Below the pieces are notes generated by a model, which saw nothing but the letters and a program-made list of their open reading frames with translations, was not told the DNA's origin and did no database searches. From contig JAKISS010000001.1 in NCBI GenBank assembly GCA_021648485.1, forward strand, positions 2,650 through 66,649: a stretch of DNA of 64,000 bases, in the 5' to 3' direction. This DNA comes from Gammaproteobacteria bacterium. Its GTDB lineage: Bacteria > Pseudomonadota > Gammaproteobacteria > SZUA-152. The position numbers and the translations under genes were made by a program. Shown piece by piece: positions 9,800 to 19,552 of the stretch (position 1 is its first letter; each line of letters starts with the position of its first letter).

Positions 9800-10657
9800 T
9801 TAGTTAATGGGATTGTTTTTTCGAGCAATAGCAGTGGCGATCAGATTGACGAAGTTCTCTTCTGTTTGCACCTCTGCCAGCTCATCCGTGCTAATGGTGT
9901 AACCGTATTTTTTTGCGATGGCTTCATAACGCGGAATACGCGAATGAAACAAGCGGGGAAAAACCCAGCGCACAAATTCATCCGGGTTGATCAGGGCGAT
10001 ATACGGCAGATTATTTTCTGACATGTATATTTCAAGCTGTTCATCAAGAAAGGTTTCACGGTAATAAAGCGGCTTGGGGTCATTTTCAGCACGCTGAATC
10101 AGCTTTTTTTCATCCTGTTTGCTGGCTTGAATGTAAAGAATAAGCGTGTGTCTGGCCAGCGTGTCAATAACGGCGGGATCATCAAGTTCGCAGGCGCTGC
10201 CACCGGCATCATTGATGAAATGTTTGTAGCCATAAATATCCTGCGCCTTTTGAATAAATGCCGGCACATCATTCATCGCGGCAATTTCAGCTTCCCGATG
10301 CAAGTGCTGGCGACGTTTAAACTCATCCAGACTCAAACCATCCTGTTCCGGGTTACCCAGCTTTCCCATGAAGCTGGCCACCGGTTTCAAGTGATCCACA
10401 GTGATATTGTTACAAATATAAATGGAATCTGACTGTAAAAGATCACGTAAAAAAGGCACCTGCATGGCCTGTATTTTAATATTATCGAGGATAGCCTCAT
10501 CCAGGTAATGTGTACCAATGCGATAATCCGCAGAATAATGAAACCAGTCACTCTTCCTGAGAATGGACGCCAGGCGCGTTTTGCCCACACCGGACATGCC
10601 CAGCAGGGTGATGCGCTTGTGTTCCGTCGAGAGAAATTGCTGTGGGTTGAATTCCAT
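9800..10657 (-). CDS. P-loop NTPase (shikimate-kinase-like fold), first gene of the metA operon
   Basis: Walker A 'GMSGVGKT' near the N-terminus. Stop lies 13 nt before the metA ATG. Specific function not recognised. Confidence 0.7.
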   Translation of the reverse strand: MEFNPQQFLSTEHKRITLLGMSGVGKTRLASILRKSDWFHYSADYRIGTHYLDEAILDNIKIQAMQVPFLRDLLQSDSIYICNNITVDHLKPVASFMGKLGNPEQDGLSLDEFKRRQHLHREAEIAAMNDVPAFIQKAQDIYGYKHFINDAGGSACELDDPAVIDTLARHTLILYIQASKQDEKKLIQRAENDPKPLYYRETFLDEQLEIYMSENNLPYIALINPDEFVRWVFPRLFHSRIPRYEAIAKKYGYTISTDELAEVQTEENFVNLIATAIARKNNPIN

Positions 10658-10700
10658 TGATTGCCCCGGTTATACATCGCTTTAGTGAAAGAATGCGTAC

Positions 10701-10867
10701 TACCTAGATCCTGTAAGTGATCGTGCTTGCGCAGTGCAAGATATTGATTCGTAGAGCGAATGACAACTTTGAGTGTAATCCTTATTGTGATTGCCGAAAA
10801 GTTTCATATCGCTATACGAGTCAAGAGCTTGTGCTGAGTGAGTGCGAGCACTTGCAAGATCTAGGTA
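10701..10867. repeat. ~170-bp imperfect palindromic intergenic element (ERIC/MITE-like)
   Basis: Termini TACCTAGATC...GATCTAGGTA. The two halves stay complementary, with mismatches, along the whole length. It lies 44 bp upstream of the metA-operon start. Confidence 0.5.
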
Positions 10868-11170
10868 CTATATCGTATTGTTTCTTTGGCTCACAGCAAT
10901 CGGTTGATTGGAGCGAAAAACCCTGGTTCGGAAATCAGGAAAGCGCATGAAGCATTGAGTGTTCAAACATGGGGGTAGTGCTGAAACAGAGCATCGTGAA
11001 ATGCTCAGGCCTACCTTGTAGGGAACAAAGAAAAAATCATTTACCTGTGTGTTGATATCGATACTGAATGATATCCGGAAAAACAAAAAAGCCAATGAAA
11101 GGTGCTTAAATGGGATAACGGTGCTATTGTTAAACAATGTTAAACAGTAGCAAAGGATGGAGTAATAACC

Positions 11171-11437
11171 ATGTTAGGCGTTCGATTAGACCCTGAGCTG
11201 GAACGCCGCCTGGCGGTACTGGCAAAAAAGACCAAACGCTCAAAAAGTTACCTGGCTAAAGAGGCTCTACGAGATTACATCGACCGGCAGGAAAGTCAGG
11301 AGCGGCGGCGGCAGGAGACTCTGGAGCGCTGGGAAGCCTATGAACAGAGTGGGGAAACCATCGGGCATGATGCCATGGTGGACTGGCTGGAATCCTGGGG
11401 TGAAGATGAGGAGAAAGCGTGCCCGGTTATCAAATAG
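11171..11437 (+). CDS. ribbon-helix-helix (CopG/ParD-type) antitoxin
   Basis: 88 aa. N-terminal RHH pattern 'LGVRLDPELERRLAVLAKKTKRSKSYLAKEAL' with an acidic C-terminus. Overlaps the downstream toxin gene by 19 nt. Confidence 0.8.
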   Translation: MLGVRLDPELERRLAVLAKKTKRSKSYLAKEALRDYIDRQESQERRRQETLERWEAYEQSGETIGHDAMVDWLESWGEDEEKACPVIK

Positions 11438-11730
11438 AGCGCCAAATAGAATGGTTGCCGGATGCTGCCCGGGATGTGGCCCGATTACGAGAATTCATCA
11501 GGAAAGACAATCCCCTTGCCGCTAAAAAAGCCAGCCAACGTTTGTTGAGTGCGGTGAAAATCCTGCTTAAAAACCCAGAAGTCGGGATGCCTGGCCTCGA
11601 TGAAGCCTGTGACATGTTCAGGGATTTATACGTTCCATTTGGTCAAGGAGGTTATACCATCCGCTACCGTGTTGACCAACACATTATTCTCATTGTCCGG
11701 GTTTGGCATAGTCGGGAAGAGCGTGGCTGA
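11419..11730 (+). CDS. RelE/ParE-family toxin
   Basis: 103 aa with a GTG start overlapping the antitoxin. The C-terminal 'YTIRYRVDQHIILIVRVWHSRE' is typical of the ParE/RelE plasmid-stabilisation fold. Confidence 0.8.
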   Translation: MPGYQIERQIEWLPDAARDVARLREFIRKDNPLAAKKASQRLLSAVKILLKNPEVGMPGLDEACDMFRDLYVPFGQGGYTIRYRVDQHIILIVRVWHSREERG

Positions 11731-11774
11731 TGTTGCCATATCGTATTGTTTTTTGACTCACACCAACAGCGTCC

Positions 11775-12584
11775 TTAATTTTTAGCCGATTTTTTTAATT
11801 TCGCCAGCGTTTTATTAATGACCCGCGATGCCGCCACATTTCCAAACGTTGCTGTGACAGCCGTGGTCGATCCATATCCCAGCGAGCAATCCAGTGAAAT
11901 ACCGTGAATGCCGGGTTTGGCATGGCTGATGCTGCCATCGGGTTTCGGGTACACCGGCTGCTGGCTGGAAAATACACATTCAATGCGAAAGCTGCGCTTG
12001 CTGTTGCGTGGAAAATGATATTCGCTGCGTAATTGTGCCCGGACTTTGGCGGCGAGGGGGTCATTGTAGGTGCGTGATAAATCCTTGACCTGAATGGCCA
12101 GGGGATCGGTGAGTCCGCCCGCGCCTCCAGTGGTGATGATTGGAATTTTGTTGCGTCGGCAATGGTAAATAATGGCGGATTTAAACTTGATGCTGTCGAT
12201 GGCATCGATCACATAATCATACTGGCGTTCTGGTGACAGGTAACCCCGGATGTTTTTTGTCGTCAAAAAATCATCAATGATTTTGCACTGACAATGCGGA
12301 TTGATACCGGCAATACGCTGCTGTAAAACGGCGGATTTTTTTTCATCCAGCGTGGTGTCCAGCGCGGGCAATTGCCGGTTGATATTACCTTTGCTGACAG
12401 TGTCGTAATCGATGAGCGTAAGCTGACCGACGCCGGTGCGTGCCAGTGTTTCCACCGCCCAGGAGCCTACACCGCCCAAGCCGATAACACAGACATGCAT
12501 CTGCTGAATACTATCCGCAGCGGTTTGTCCATACAGGCGCTGGATACCGCCAAAGCGTTCACTAAAATCCTGATTTTTTATCAT
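11775..12584 (-). CDS. tcdA: tRNA threonylcarbamoyladenosine dehydratase (ThiF/E1-like)
   Basis: 269 aa, the length class of E. coli TcdA/CsdL. Nucleotide-binding motif 'VCVIGLGGVGSWAVETLARTGVGQLTLIDYD'. Confidence 0.85.
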   Translation of the reverse strand: MIKNQDFSERFGGIQRLYGQTAADSIQQMHVCVIGLGGVGSWAVETLARTGVGQLTLIDYDTVSKGNINRQLPALDTTLDEKKSAVLQQRIAGINPHCQCKIIDDFLTTKNIRGYLSPERQYDYVIDAIDSIKFKSAIIYHCRRNKIPIITTGGAGGLTDPLAIQVKDLSRTYNDPLAAKVRAQLRSEYHFPRNSKRSFRIECVFSSQQPVYPKPDGSISHAKPGIHGISLDCSLGYGSTTAVTATFGNVAASRVINKTLAKLKKSAKN

Positions 12585-13357
12585 GTGTTTGTCCGGGAAA
12601 AATCCAATACGGCTTCGGCGTTGGCCGTTGTTTGTGCAGCGACCTTGTTGATGTCTTCAGCGCGCAGTTTTGCTAACGCCTGAAGATATTCGGGTAAATA
12701 TTCGGGACTGTTGCGTTGTCCGTGATGGCGGGCACCTGTCATATCCGGAGCATCGGTTTCCAGTACGATGGCTTCCAACGGTAATTGTTGGGCCAGACGG
12801 TGCAGTTTATGTGAGCGCTCAAAACTTAACATGCCACCGAATCCCAGTTTAAAACCCAGGTCAATGTATTGGTGCGCCTGTTGCTGGCTGCCATTGAAGG
12901 CATGGCAAATACCGCCGGTAACGGTTGTTTTACGCAGACAGGCAAGTACCGCATCATGTGATTTTCGTACATGCAGCAATACCGGGAGTGCTGCATTGGC
13001 GGCTACGACAAGCTGTTCTTCAAACAGTGTGCGTTGGCGGCTCTGATCCAGCGTTTGACAATAAAAATCCAGACCGATTTCACCCACAGCAATGGGCCGC
13101 CGGTGTTTGATATATTCAGCCAGCTTGTCAATATCATCGGGACTATGCTGATCCAGATAAACCGGGTGCAGGCCAAAAGCGGCGTACAGGGCAGGGCTTG
13201 ATGCGCAGATTTCCCACTGTTTGTTCCAGGTCTTTGCCATGATGCCCGGTACGACGATATGTGAAATCCCAACGTGTAGACAGTGTTCAAGCACGGTATT
13301 GCGATCAGCATCAAATGCGGCAACATCAATATGTGCATGGGTATCGATCAGTTTCAT
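12581..13357 (-). CDS. TatD-family metal-dependent hydrolase
   Basis: N-terminal 'LIDTHAHID', internal 'GEIGLD', 'HCFNG-like ICHAFNGS' and 'ETDAPDM'. There is a 4-nt overlap with tcdA. Confidence 0.85.
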   Translation of the reverse strand: MKLIDTHAHIDVAAFDADRNTVLEHCLHVGISHIVVPGIMAKTWNKQWEICASSPALYAAFGLHPVYLDQHSPDDIDKLAEYIKHRRPIAVGEIGLDFYCQTLDQSRQRTLFEEQLVVAANAALPVLLHVRKSHDAVLACLRKTTVTGGICHAFNGSQQQAHQYIDLGFKLGFGGMLSFERSHKLHRLAQQLPLEAIVLETDAPDMTGARHHGQRNSPEYLPEYLQALAKLRAEDINKVAAQTTANAEAVLDFSRTNT

Positions 13358-13519
13358 TTGGCGTATTTTACGCGATCCTCCTCATGGATCGGAAGTGGCA
13401 AGAAAAAATAGCATCATCAATGATTTACCGCATGATTCTCATCAGTGTTCCAGATTTGAAAATACTGTTTTATTCGTTACACTCGGGAAATTGCATTTTT
13501 GCCTTAGGGAGGAAGAGAA

Positions 13520-14248
13520 ATGCGTTCAACGATTCGGGGTGTGTTATCGGTCGTCTCGGTTTTAGCATTCAGTTGCAGTCTGGCCGGGTTGGTGAGTGCG
13601 GCAGAAACGAAGCTGTATGATAAAGGTCTTGCAGCATATAACGCGGGTGATTACACGGCGGCCTATAAATTCACCATGCCACTGGCTAATCAGGGGCATC
13701 CTGCCGCAAAAAACCTGCTGGGTATGATGTATGAGCTGGGTAAAGGCGTGCCGCAGGATCTGGCCCGCTCAGTGAGTTATTATCGCCAGGGCGCGAAGCA
13801 GGGTGACCCGTATGCCCAATACAACCTGGCTGTTTCGTTTGATTCCGGCACCGGTGTTCCGCAAAATTACCGGGAAGCTGTTCGCTGGTTTCGGCGCGCA
13901 GCAGAACAGGGTATCAGTGCCGCACAATATGATCTTGGTGTGATGATGGAACGGGGTCGCGGTGTCGACAAAAATTTTCAAAAAGCCGCCAACTGGTATC
14001 AGAAAGCAGCAAAACAAGGGCATGTACAGGCTCAAAACAATCTGGCGTGGTTGTACGAAAAAGGTCAGGGGGTTGAGCGGGATCTGGTAACGGCCTATGC
14101 ATGGTTTGATGTTGCTGCGGCGCAGGGTTTTGAGTCTGCGCAACACAAACGTGATGCCATCAAGGTTGAATTAACAGCTGGCGACCTGGACAAGGCGCAG
14201 GCCAGATCAACACAATTGCGGAAAAACATTTTACAGACTACTCACTGA
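13520..14248 (+). CDS. secreted Sel1-repeat (TPR-like) protein
   Basis: Signal peptide, then five 36-aa Sel1-type repeats of the form 'A..WY.KAA.QG...AQ..LG.MYE.G.GV..D'. Confidence 0.85.
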   Translation: MRSTIRGVLSVVSVLAFSCSLAGLVSAAETKLYDKGLAAYNAGDYTAAYKFTMPLANQGHPAAKNLLGMMYELGKGVPQDLARSVSYYRQGAKQGDPYAQYNLAVSFDSGTGVPQNYREAVRWFRRAAEQGISAAQYDLGVMMERGRGVDKNFQKAANWYQKAAKQGHVQAQNNLAWLYEKGQGVERDLVTAYAWFDVAAAQGFESAQHKRDAIKVELTAGDLDKAQARSTQLRKNILQTTH

Positions 14249-14256
14249 ACCCCGCA

Positions 14257-14281
14257 GCATGGCAGGCCGGGCCTGCCATGC
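14257..14281. terminator. GC-rich perfect palindrome between convergent genes (possible bidirectional terminator)
   Basis: GCATGGCAGGCC-G-GGCCTGCCATGC, with 12-bp arms. No clear U-tract on either side, so function is uncertain. Confidence 0.4.
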
Positions 14282-14292
14282 AATGTCCACAA

Positions 14293-15369
14293 TCAGGGTT
14301 GGTTTTCACCCACTTTTTCATCGGCATAACGCCAAATATCCACATCCCGTCCCTGCTCTCTGAAATGATCCGCGTAATCCGTCAGGTAACGCTGAAAGCT
14401 GGGTTGCTTTTTATAGGCCTCACTGAGCACATAACTCAGTATTCCCTGAGTATGAAAGACTTTGAAAAAGGCTTCGGTACGGATAATCTCTTTACCTTGT
14501 GGATTAAAAACCAGAATGGAGGGCGCATATTCTACGTTGAGTTTTTTGGCCCATTCGCGCGCGGTCATTTTTTCGCCTTCGGGGGTGATAACCGGTGTTT
14601 TTGACCACATGTCCAGCTGGACAACATCAAACTGCCTGATAATGTCGAGCAGCTCGGTATCAGGCAGAATTTTCTGGTGTAGAAAATCACAATTCGGACA
14701 GTCTTTTTGCTCAAAAAATACGGCGAAAGGCCGTTTGTTTTCCTTCACTTTTGCGGAAAAATCAAAAGGTGGTTTGCTGAAAAAAGGTTCAGTATTAAGT
14801 GTTTTGCTCGCTTTGCTGGCCGGGAGATTAGCCTGAATGAAATCCCGGTAGCTGATTTCTTTTTCTTTGCGTTGCGCGACATAGTCCAGATCCAGGCTGA
14901 AGCGTTGTGGTGAGCGGTAACCATTGATACGCAGTGCGACGTTACCCTGCTCATCAAAAAAAATGATCGTCGGTGTAAATTGTACCCTGAGTTTTTCCGC
15001 GAAGGTTTTTTCCGTGTACTGCTGGCCATCAAAGTGAGTGACCGGACGATCTCCCCACATATTAATGGCAATAAGATCGAAGTTTTTCTGCGCTTTTTCT
15101 GTGATTTCTTTTTGCGAGAAGTTACGTTGCACCACTGCATTACAGTAAGGGCAGCCATCCTGATGGAAGAAAATTACCAGTCGTTTCCCCTCGCTGGTTG
15201 CTTCAGTAAGATCTTCCGGAAAATCGAGAAAACTGTCTTTGAACCAGGTGGGGTAGTCAGTTTCTATTCCCCCAAAAAACTCTCCCTTTTTGGGGGAGGC
15301 AAAAGGCTCCAGCGAAAAGAGTATCAGGGTTGAGGCGAGCAACGGGACACTGAAAGCAGGGTATCGCAT
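14293..15369 (-). CDS. periplasmic thioredoxin-fold protein with two CxxC domains
   Basis: Signal peptide from 'MRYPAFSVPLLAST'. Two thioredoxin-like modules with 'DGCPYCN' and 'KDCPNCD'. The track start at 15441 is probably too early. Confidence 0.7.
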   Translation of the reverse strand: MRYPAFSVPLLASTLILFSLEPFASPKKGEFFGGIETDYPTWFKDSFLDFPEDLTEATSEGKRLVIFFHQDGCPYCNAVVQRNFSQKEITEKAQKNFDLIAINMWGDRPVTHFDGQQYTEKTFAEKLRVQFTPTIIFFDEQGNVALRINGYRSPQRFSLDLDYVAQRKEKEISYRDFIQANLPASKASKTLNTEPFFSKPPFDFSAKVKENKRPFAVFFEQKDCPNCDFLHQKILPDTELLDIIRQFDVVQLDMWSKTPVITPEGEKMTAREWAKKLNVEYAPSILVFNPQGKEIIRTEAFFKVFHTQGILSYVLSEAYKKQPSFQRYLTDYADHFREQGRDVDIWRYADEKVGENQP

Positions 15370-15632
15370 GTGATGGCTTCCCGGAAAAATATTTATCGGT
15401 GTGTTTCGGTTGGTGTTTGAGTATAGCAGTGTAATGGTCACACTTCATGCTCATGTTTTCAGGTTAACTGTTATTGTAATTTATTGAGTATTATCGAGAT
15501 TTTTAATTTTCTGCGTTGAAAAATAAGCTGGCTGTGTGTAGCACAAAGGATTAGCTTATTAGCTGAATTGTTTATAAGTTAATCAAATCTTCAATTATGT
15601 GTGTGAATATTATTAAGTCATACTGCGCGTAC

Positions 15633-16079
15633 ATGTTTCGAGCATTGAAGACATTTTTATTATTTTTCCTGGTTTTCCAGGTTGGAATGATGCCCATATC
15701 GCAGGCGTTTGCTGCGCGGCACATGCATGATAGTTCCCATGAAGTTTCCCATAAAAAAATAATGACTGCTGTTTTTCCATCGTCAGCGATGATTGCGGAA
15801 TTTCAACACGTTGTTAAATCCAACAGAAAAGACGGTTTGTCAGATATGGCTCATGTCTCTTCCTCGTCACAGAAAACATATTTGCAAAGCAGCCGGTGTG
15901 GCAAAAGAAATGGGCACAAAGGGGATTGTGACAGTTGCCAATGTACACCGATTGTTGCTGCTCCTGTTTTAATGCAAGAGACTTCGGTATCGACACCAGC
16001 GGAATCGTATAACGTTAAATGGGGTTGTCCATTATACAACGTTTTTATGGCTCCACTTCTCAGACCTCCCGCTTCCTGA
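15633..16079 (+). CDS. small secreted Cys/His-rich protein with C-terminal 'LY..LLRPP' tail (CzcI/DUF2946-like; assignment from memory)
   Basis: Signal peptide 'MFRALKTFLLFFLVFQVGMMPISQAFA', a Cys cluster 'CDSCQC', and the tail 'CPLYNVFMAPLLRPPAS'. That tail is shared with the ORFs at 42500 and 50776. Confidence 0.55.
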   Translation: MFRALKTFLLFFLVFQVGMMPISQAFAARHMHDSSHEVSHKKIMTAVFPSSAMIAEFQHVVKSNRKDGLSDMAHVSSSSQKTYLQSSRCGKRNGHKGDCDSCQCTPIVAAPVLMQETSVSTPAESYNVKWGCPLYNVFMAPLLRPPAS

Positions 16080-16449
16080 ATATCACCGCGTATTTATTTG
16101 TAAGACGATATAAATCGTTCTACAAAAAATTAATGCGCAAAGAGCGCTCCTTAAGTTGTGAATACAGCCTCCGTTATATATCGAGGGTGCGTAAAACTTA
16201 ATCGCTTGAAGTATTTCCGCGATAAAAATTCCTGTCGCAGATTGGTTGGTGTTCTGTTTGTTTATTAAACAGGCCCTATAAAATATTCATTATCAGAGGT
16301 AACGTAATGAAAAGATATAATGCAAAAATGTTTAAAGTTAAGGGGAAGCTTGTAATTAGCACAAGCTTTAACTATATACCGGGGGGCGTGCTGCTCTGCT
16401 CCAAGTTGGAGCATGCCTGCGATCTCAATCAAACCTGGGGGCAACACAA

Positions 16450-18015
16450 ATGAAGAAAGTCAGTATGAAGATGTCTACGTGTTTTTGTCGTGTGGGAGCA
16501 ATGTTTATGCTTCCGATAGTGGCGATAAGTATGTTTTTGGTTGATATCGGTGCCGCAGAAGCGGTACCGGCTTTTGCGCGCAAGTTTCAGGCAAACTGTG
16601 CTTTGTGCCATACCAATGTTCCTCGGCTTGCACCTTTCGGCCAGCAGTTTCTGGCCAATGGTTATCAGTTTCCGGGCACAATGGATGGTGGTGATACTGC
16701 CAAAATCAAACTGGATGGTGCTCAGGGGCCAGTAACGCTGGATACGTTATCTAACATGATGGCTGTGCGTTTACGCGGTGACATCCAGAAAGCCTCGTTC
16801 AAAAATGAACCTGGAGATGGTGTTGATGATCGCTGGGCCATTGAAATGCCTAAAATCGTCAATTTTTTCTTTGGTGGTACCGTTGCGGAAAATATCAGTT
16901 ATTTTATCGAGTCTGAATACAACACTATGGAAAGTGATGAACCTTCTGTGAAATTCGAGCGGGCTGTCATGCAATTTAGCAACCTTGGCGGTGTACAAGG
17001 TGTTGCGAATGTGAAAGTAGGTCGATTTGATCCTTCGTCGCTGTTTTCATTTCCGACTCATCGCCAGCAGTTGAACCCGATTCTGCCGATTGCGGATACG
17101 GGTACGTATCCACCGATGATCCAGCGGATTCCCTTATTACCCTATGCATTTTCGAGCAAATTATTCGGCATGAGCACTGCGGGGGTTGCGGCAGGTACAG
17201 CCGGCACTGCTGTGGGTGATGGCTTTTCTCTGTTGCCATTTGCCCCAACACTGTATAACGCGCCAGTGCAGAATGGTATTTCGATACATGGCCGCCCGGG
17301 TGGTGGTGGAAGCCCATTGCTGTATCAAATAGGGCTCGCATTGAATGATAAAGCGGATGGTACGGCTGAACAGCGCACGGATGTTTATGCCATGTTGCGT
17401 TTTGATTTCCAGGCAGCCGGGGCTGATGCGCAGATTTCCGGTTTCTGGTACAACGCACCGGATGCGGCCCGCTCAACATTGTTGATGCTTGGTAATGTTC
17501 AATATGCAGACAGCGCAACAGACATCACCCGTGTGGGTATTGGTGCGCGGGCGCAATGGGAAACGGTGGATGTCTATTTTGCATATACCCAGGATTCAAT
17601 TGACAATCCGACATGGAATGATTTGCCTAATGCGATGATGATCGCTGCGGCCAACAGTTCAGAATGGCAAGACACCGCAACGGGGTTTTCTCTGGAGGCA
17701 GACTGGCGTTTTGACCCTAACTGGATGCTGGGTGTGCGTTATGACCAGATGGATGCAGGTGGTCTGGAGCGATTGCCAGCAGGGGTGGTAACAGCTGCAA
17801 ATGACAAGATTAATGCCACCGTGCAAATGATCAGTCCCATTCTCAAATACTATCCCAGCCCTAATATTGCGTTGTATACGCGGGCACACATCAATATAAG
17901 TTCTTCCTCTACACTGCCAGATACAAACGGTCAGGTTGCGGGGTTTTCAGGCCAGGAACATCCAGCCTCTAATCTGGAAAATGTGTTGACGTTGGGTGTC
18001 GATATGGCTTTCTAG
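16450..18015 (+). CDS. outer-membrane fused monoheme cytochrome c-porin candidate (Cyc2-like)
   Basis: Signal peptide. A single CxxCH ('PAFARKFQANCALCHTNVPRLAPFGQQF', nt 16597-16611). The ~450 aa that follow are Gly/Ala/aromatic-rich with no further Cys, ending in 'GVDMAF' (an OM-barrel C-terminal Phe). Confidence 0.6.
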   Translation: MKKVSMKMSTCFCRVGAMFMLPIVAISMFLVDIGAAEAVPAFARKFQANCALCHTNVPRLAPFGQQFLANGYQFPGTMDGGDTAKIKLDGAQGPVTLDTLSNMMAVRLRGDIQKASFKNEPGDGVDDRWAIEMPKIVNFFFGGTVAENISYFIESEYNTMESDEPSVKFERAVMQFSNLGGVQGVANVKVGRFDPSSLFSFPTHRQQLNPILPIADTGTYPPMIQRIPLLPYAFSSKLFGMSTAGVAAGTAGTAVGDGFSLLPFAPTLYNAPVQNGISIHGRPGGGGSPLLYQIGLALNDKADGTAEQRTDVYAMLRFDFQAAGADAQISGFWYNAPDAARSTLLMLGNVQYADSATDITRVGIGARAQWETVDVYFAYTQDSIDNPTWNDLPNAMMIAAANSSEWQDTATGFSLEADWRFDPNWMLGVRYDQMDAGGLERLPAGVVTAANDKINATVQMISPILKYYPSPNIALYTRAHINISSSSTLPDTNGQVAGFSGQEHPASNLENVLTLGVDMAF

Positions 18016-18154
18016 AGGTTATTTTGGCGGGTGCAGAGATGTACCCGCTTTTTCTCTTTCTGGTTCCCTCGGTCCTCCGTGGGAATCCATATCCGGCTTT
18101 GTAGTAGTAACAACATCATACACTTTTCGGCATATCACTTGCCTTTACCACCCG

Positions 18155-19546
18155 TTAATTCAAGTTATGCAATATGACCCGAAACCGGGTACATTTTTCT
18201 GTGGATTCAACTTTGATACTGCCACCATGAATGTCAATAATGGATTTGACGATGGACAACCCCAGTCCGGCACCTTCGTCACTGCGATGCCGTGAGGCAT
18301 CAACACGATGAAAACGGTTGAACAGTAGCGGGATGTGTTCAGCCGGAATAACCGGGCCGGGGTTTTCCACGCTGATGGATATGGTCTGCCCGGGCAATTG
18401 TTCAAGTCGCACATGCACGGTATTGCCCGACGGAGAATGACGAATGGCGTTGGATAAGAGGTTGTTCAATACACGCCGCAACATGAGCCGGTCTGCGAGC
18501 ATGGTGGCGGTGCCATGCAGGACTAACGCAACACCTTGTTCTTCCGCCCATGCTTCGTAGTACTCAAAAAGATCCTGTACTTCTTTGGCGAGATCAACAT
18601 CCGTGCGGTTCAGTTGGTACTGCCCGTTATCCGCTTTGGCAAGGAACAACATGTCACCGATCATTTGTGCCATGCGTTCATATTCTTCGATATTGGAATA
18701 AAGGATTTCACGGTATTCATCATTGCTGCGCGATTGAGACAGGGCTACCTGGGTCTGTGTCAGCAGACTGGTCACCGGTGTGCGGAGTTCGTGAGCAATG
18801 TCGGCAGAAAAATTGGATAAACGCTGAAAGGCTTCTTCCATGCGTGCGAGCATGTCGTTGAATGAGTTTGCCAGATCGGTAAGTTCCCGGGGTACGGTTT
18901 CCGGAGATAAACGCGTGTTCAGTTCGTTGGCACTGATGCGGTGGATTTGTGTGACGATGGTGTGCAAGGGGGCATGGCCCCGACGTACGGCTATCCAGCC
19001 CATCAGGCCCATGAGTACGGTGCCGCTGGCAACCATTAACCACAATGTGAGACGAAAATGGTCAAGAAAGCGCAAGTGGCTGTTGATAGCCACAGCCACA
19101 GACATTGTATAATACCGCGGAGTTGTCGTGTTGTTTTCCGCAAGGTGTCGGGTTAATACGCGGTAAGTGTGTTTGGCATCACTCCAATGGCGTATTTTAT
19201 CATTATTGTCGAAAGTGGTTTGATTGAGCGAGGAAAGATCAGGCCCGCCAGGACTGGAAAACAGGGTATAGCCATCCGGAGTGGTGATGTGCAGTACGGT
19301 GCCATGGTGCCCCACCAGCACGTCATTAAATCTTTGCGCCAGCGCCACAGGGCTGTTTGTTGCATCGTGGCCGGCCAGTGTTTGTGATACGGCGTGAGCA
19401 ACACTCGCAAGCTCAGCATCATCTTCAATCTCAAAATGACGTTCAATGGAACGCTCGATGATCCAGCCGAAACCGGTTAAAACTATGGCCGCAGCAATGG
19501 CAAACAGCAGGGTCAGGCGTAACGTTAGCGAAGGTGGTCGGCGCAT
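18155..19546 (-). CDS. copS: heavy-metal (copper) sensor histidine kinase
   Basis: Two TM helices flank a periplasmic domain. HAMP, H-box 'FSADIAHELRTPV', and N/G boxes 'NLLSNAIRH' and 'GAGLGLSIVKSI'. Adjacent to copR and divergent from copAB. Confidence 0.85.
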   Translation of the reverse strand: MRRPPSLTLRLTLLFAIAAAIVLTGFGWIIERSIERHFEIEDDAELASVAHAVSQTLAGHDATNSPVALAQRFNDVLVGHHGTVLHITTPDGYTLFSSPGGPDLSSLNQTTFDNNDKIRHWSDAKHTYRVLTRHLAENNTTTPRYYTMSVAVAINSHLRFLDHFRLTLWLMVASGTVLMGLMGWIAVRRGHAPLHTIVTQIHRISANELNTRLSPETVPRELTDLANSFNDMLARMEEAFQRLSNFSADIAHELRTPVTSLLTQTQVALSQSRSNDEYREILYSNIEEYERMAQMIGDMLFLAKADNGQYQLNRTDVDLAKEVQDLFEYYEAWAEEQGVALVLHGTATMLADRLMLRRVLNNLLSNAIRHSPSGNTVHVRLEQLPGQTISISVENPGPVIPAEHIPLLFNRFHRVDASRHRSDEGAGLGLSIVKSIIDIHGGSIKVESTEKCTRFRVILHNLN

Positions 19547-19552
19547 CGTTTT

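Noticed and set aside
10875-11015. Cluster of small hairpins (GCTC..GAGC, CCTG..CAGG, GAGCAT-CGTGAA-ATGCTC, CCTAC-CTT-GTAGG) upstream of the metA operon. This raised the question of a SAM-type riboswitch.
   Set aside because: I could not match SAM-I, SAM-II or the other riboswitch consensus sequences I remember on either strand. The palindromic element at 10701-10867 also lies between these hairpins and the operon. A cmscan against Rfam is needed, so I make no feature claim.
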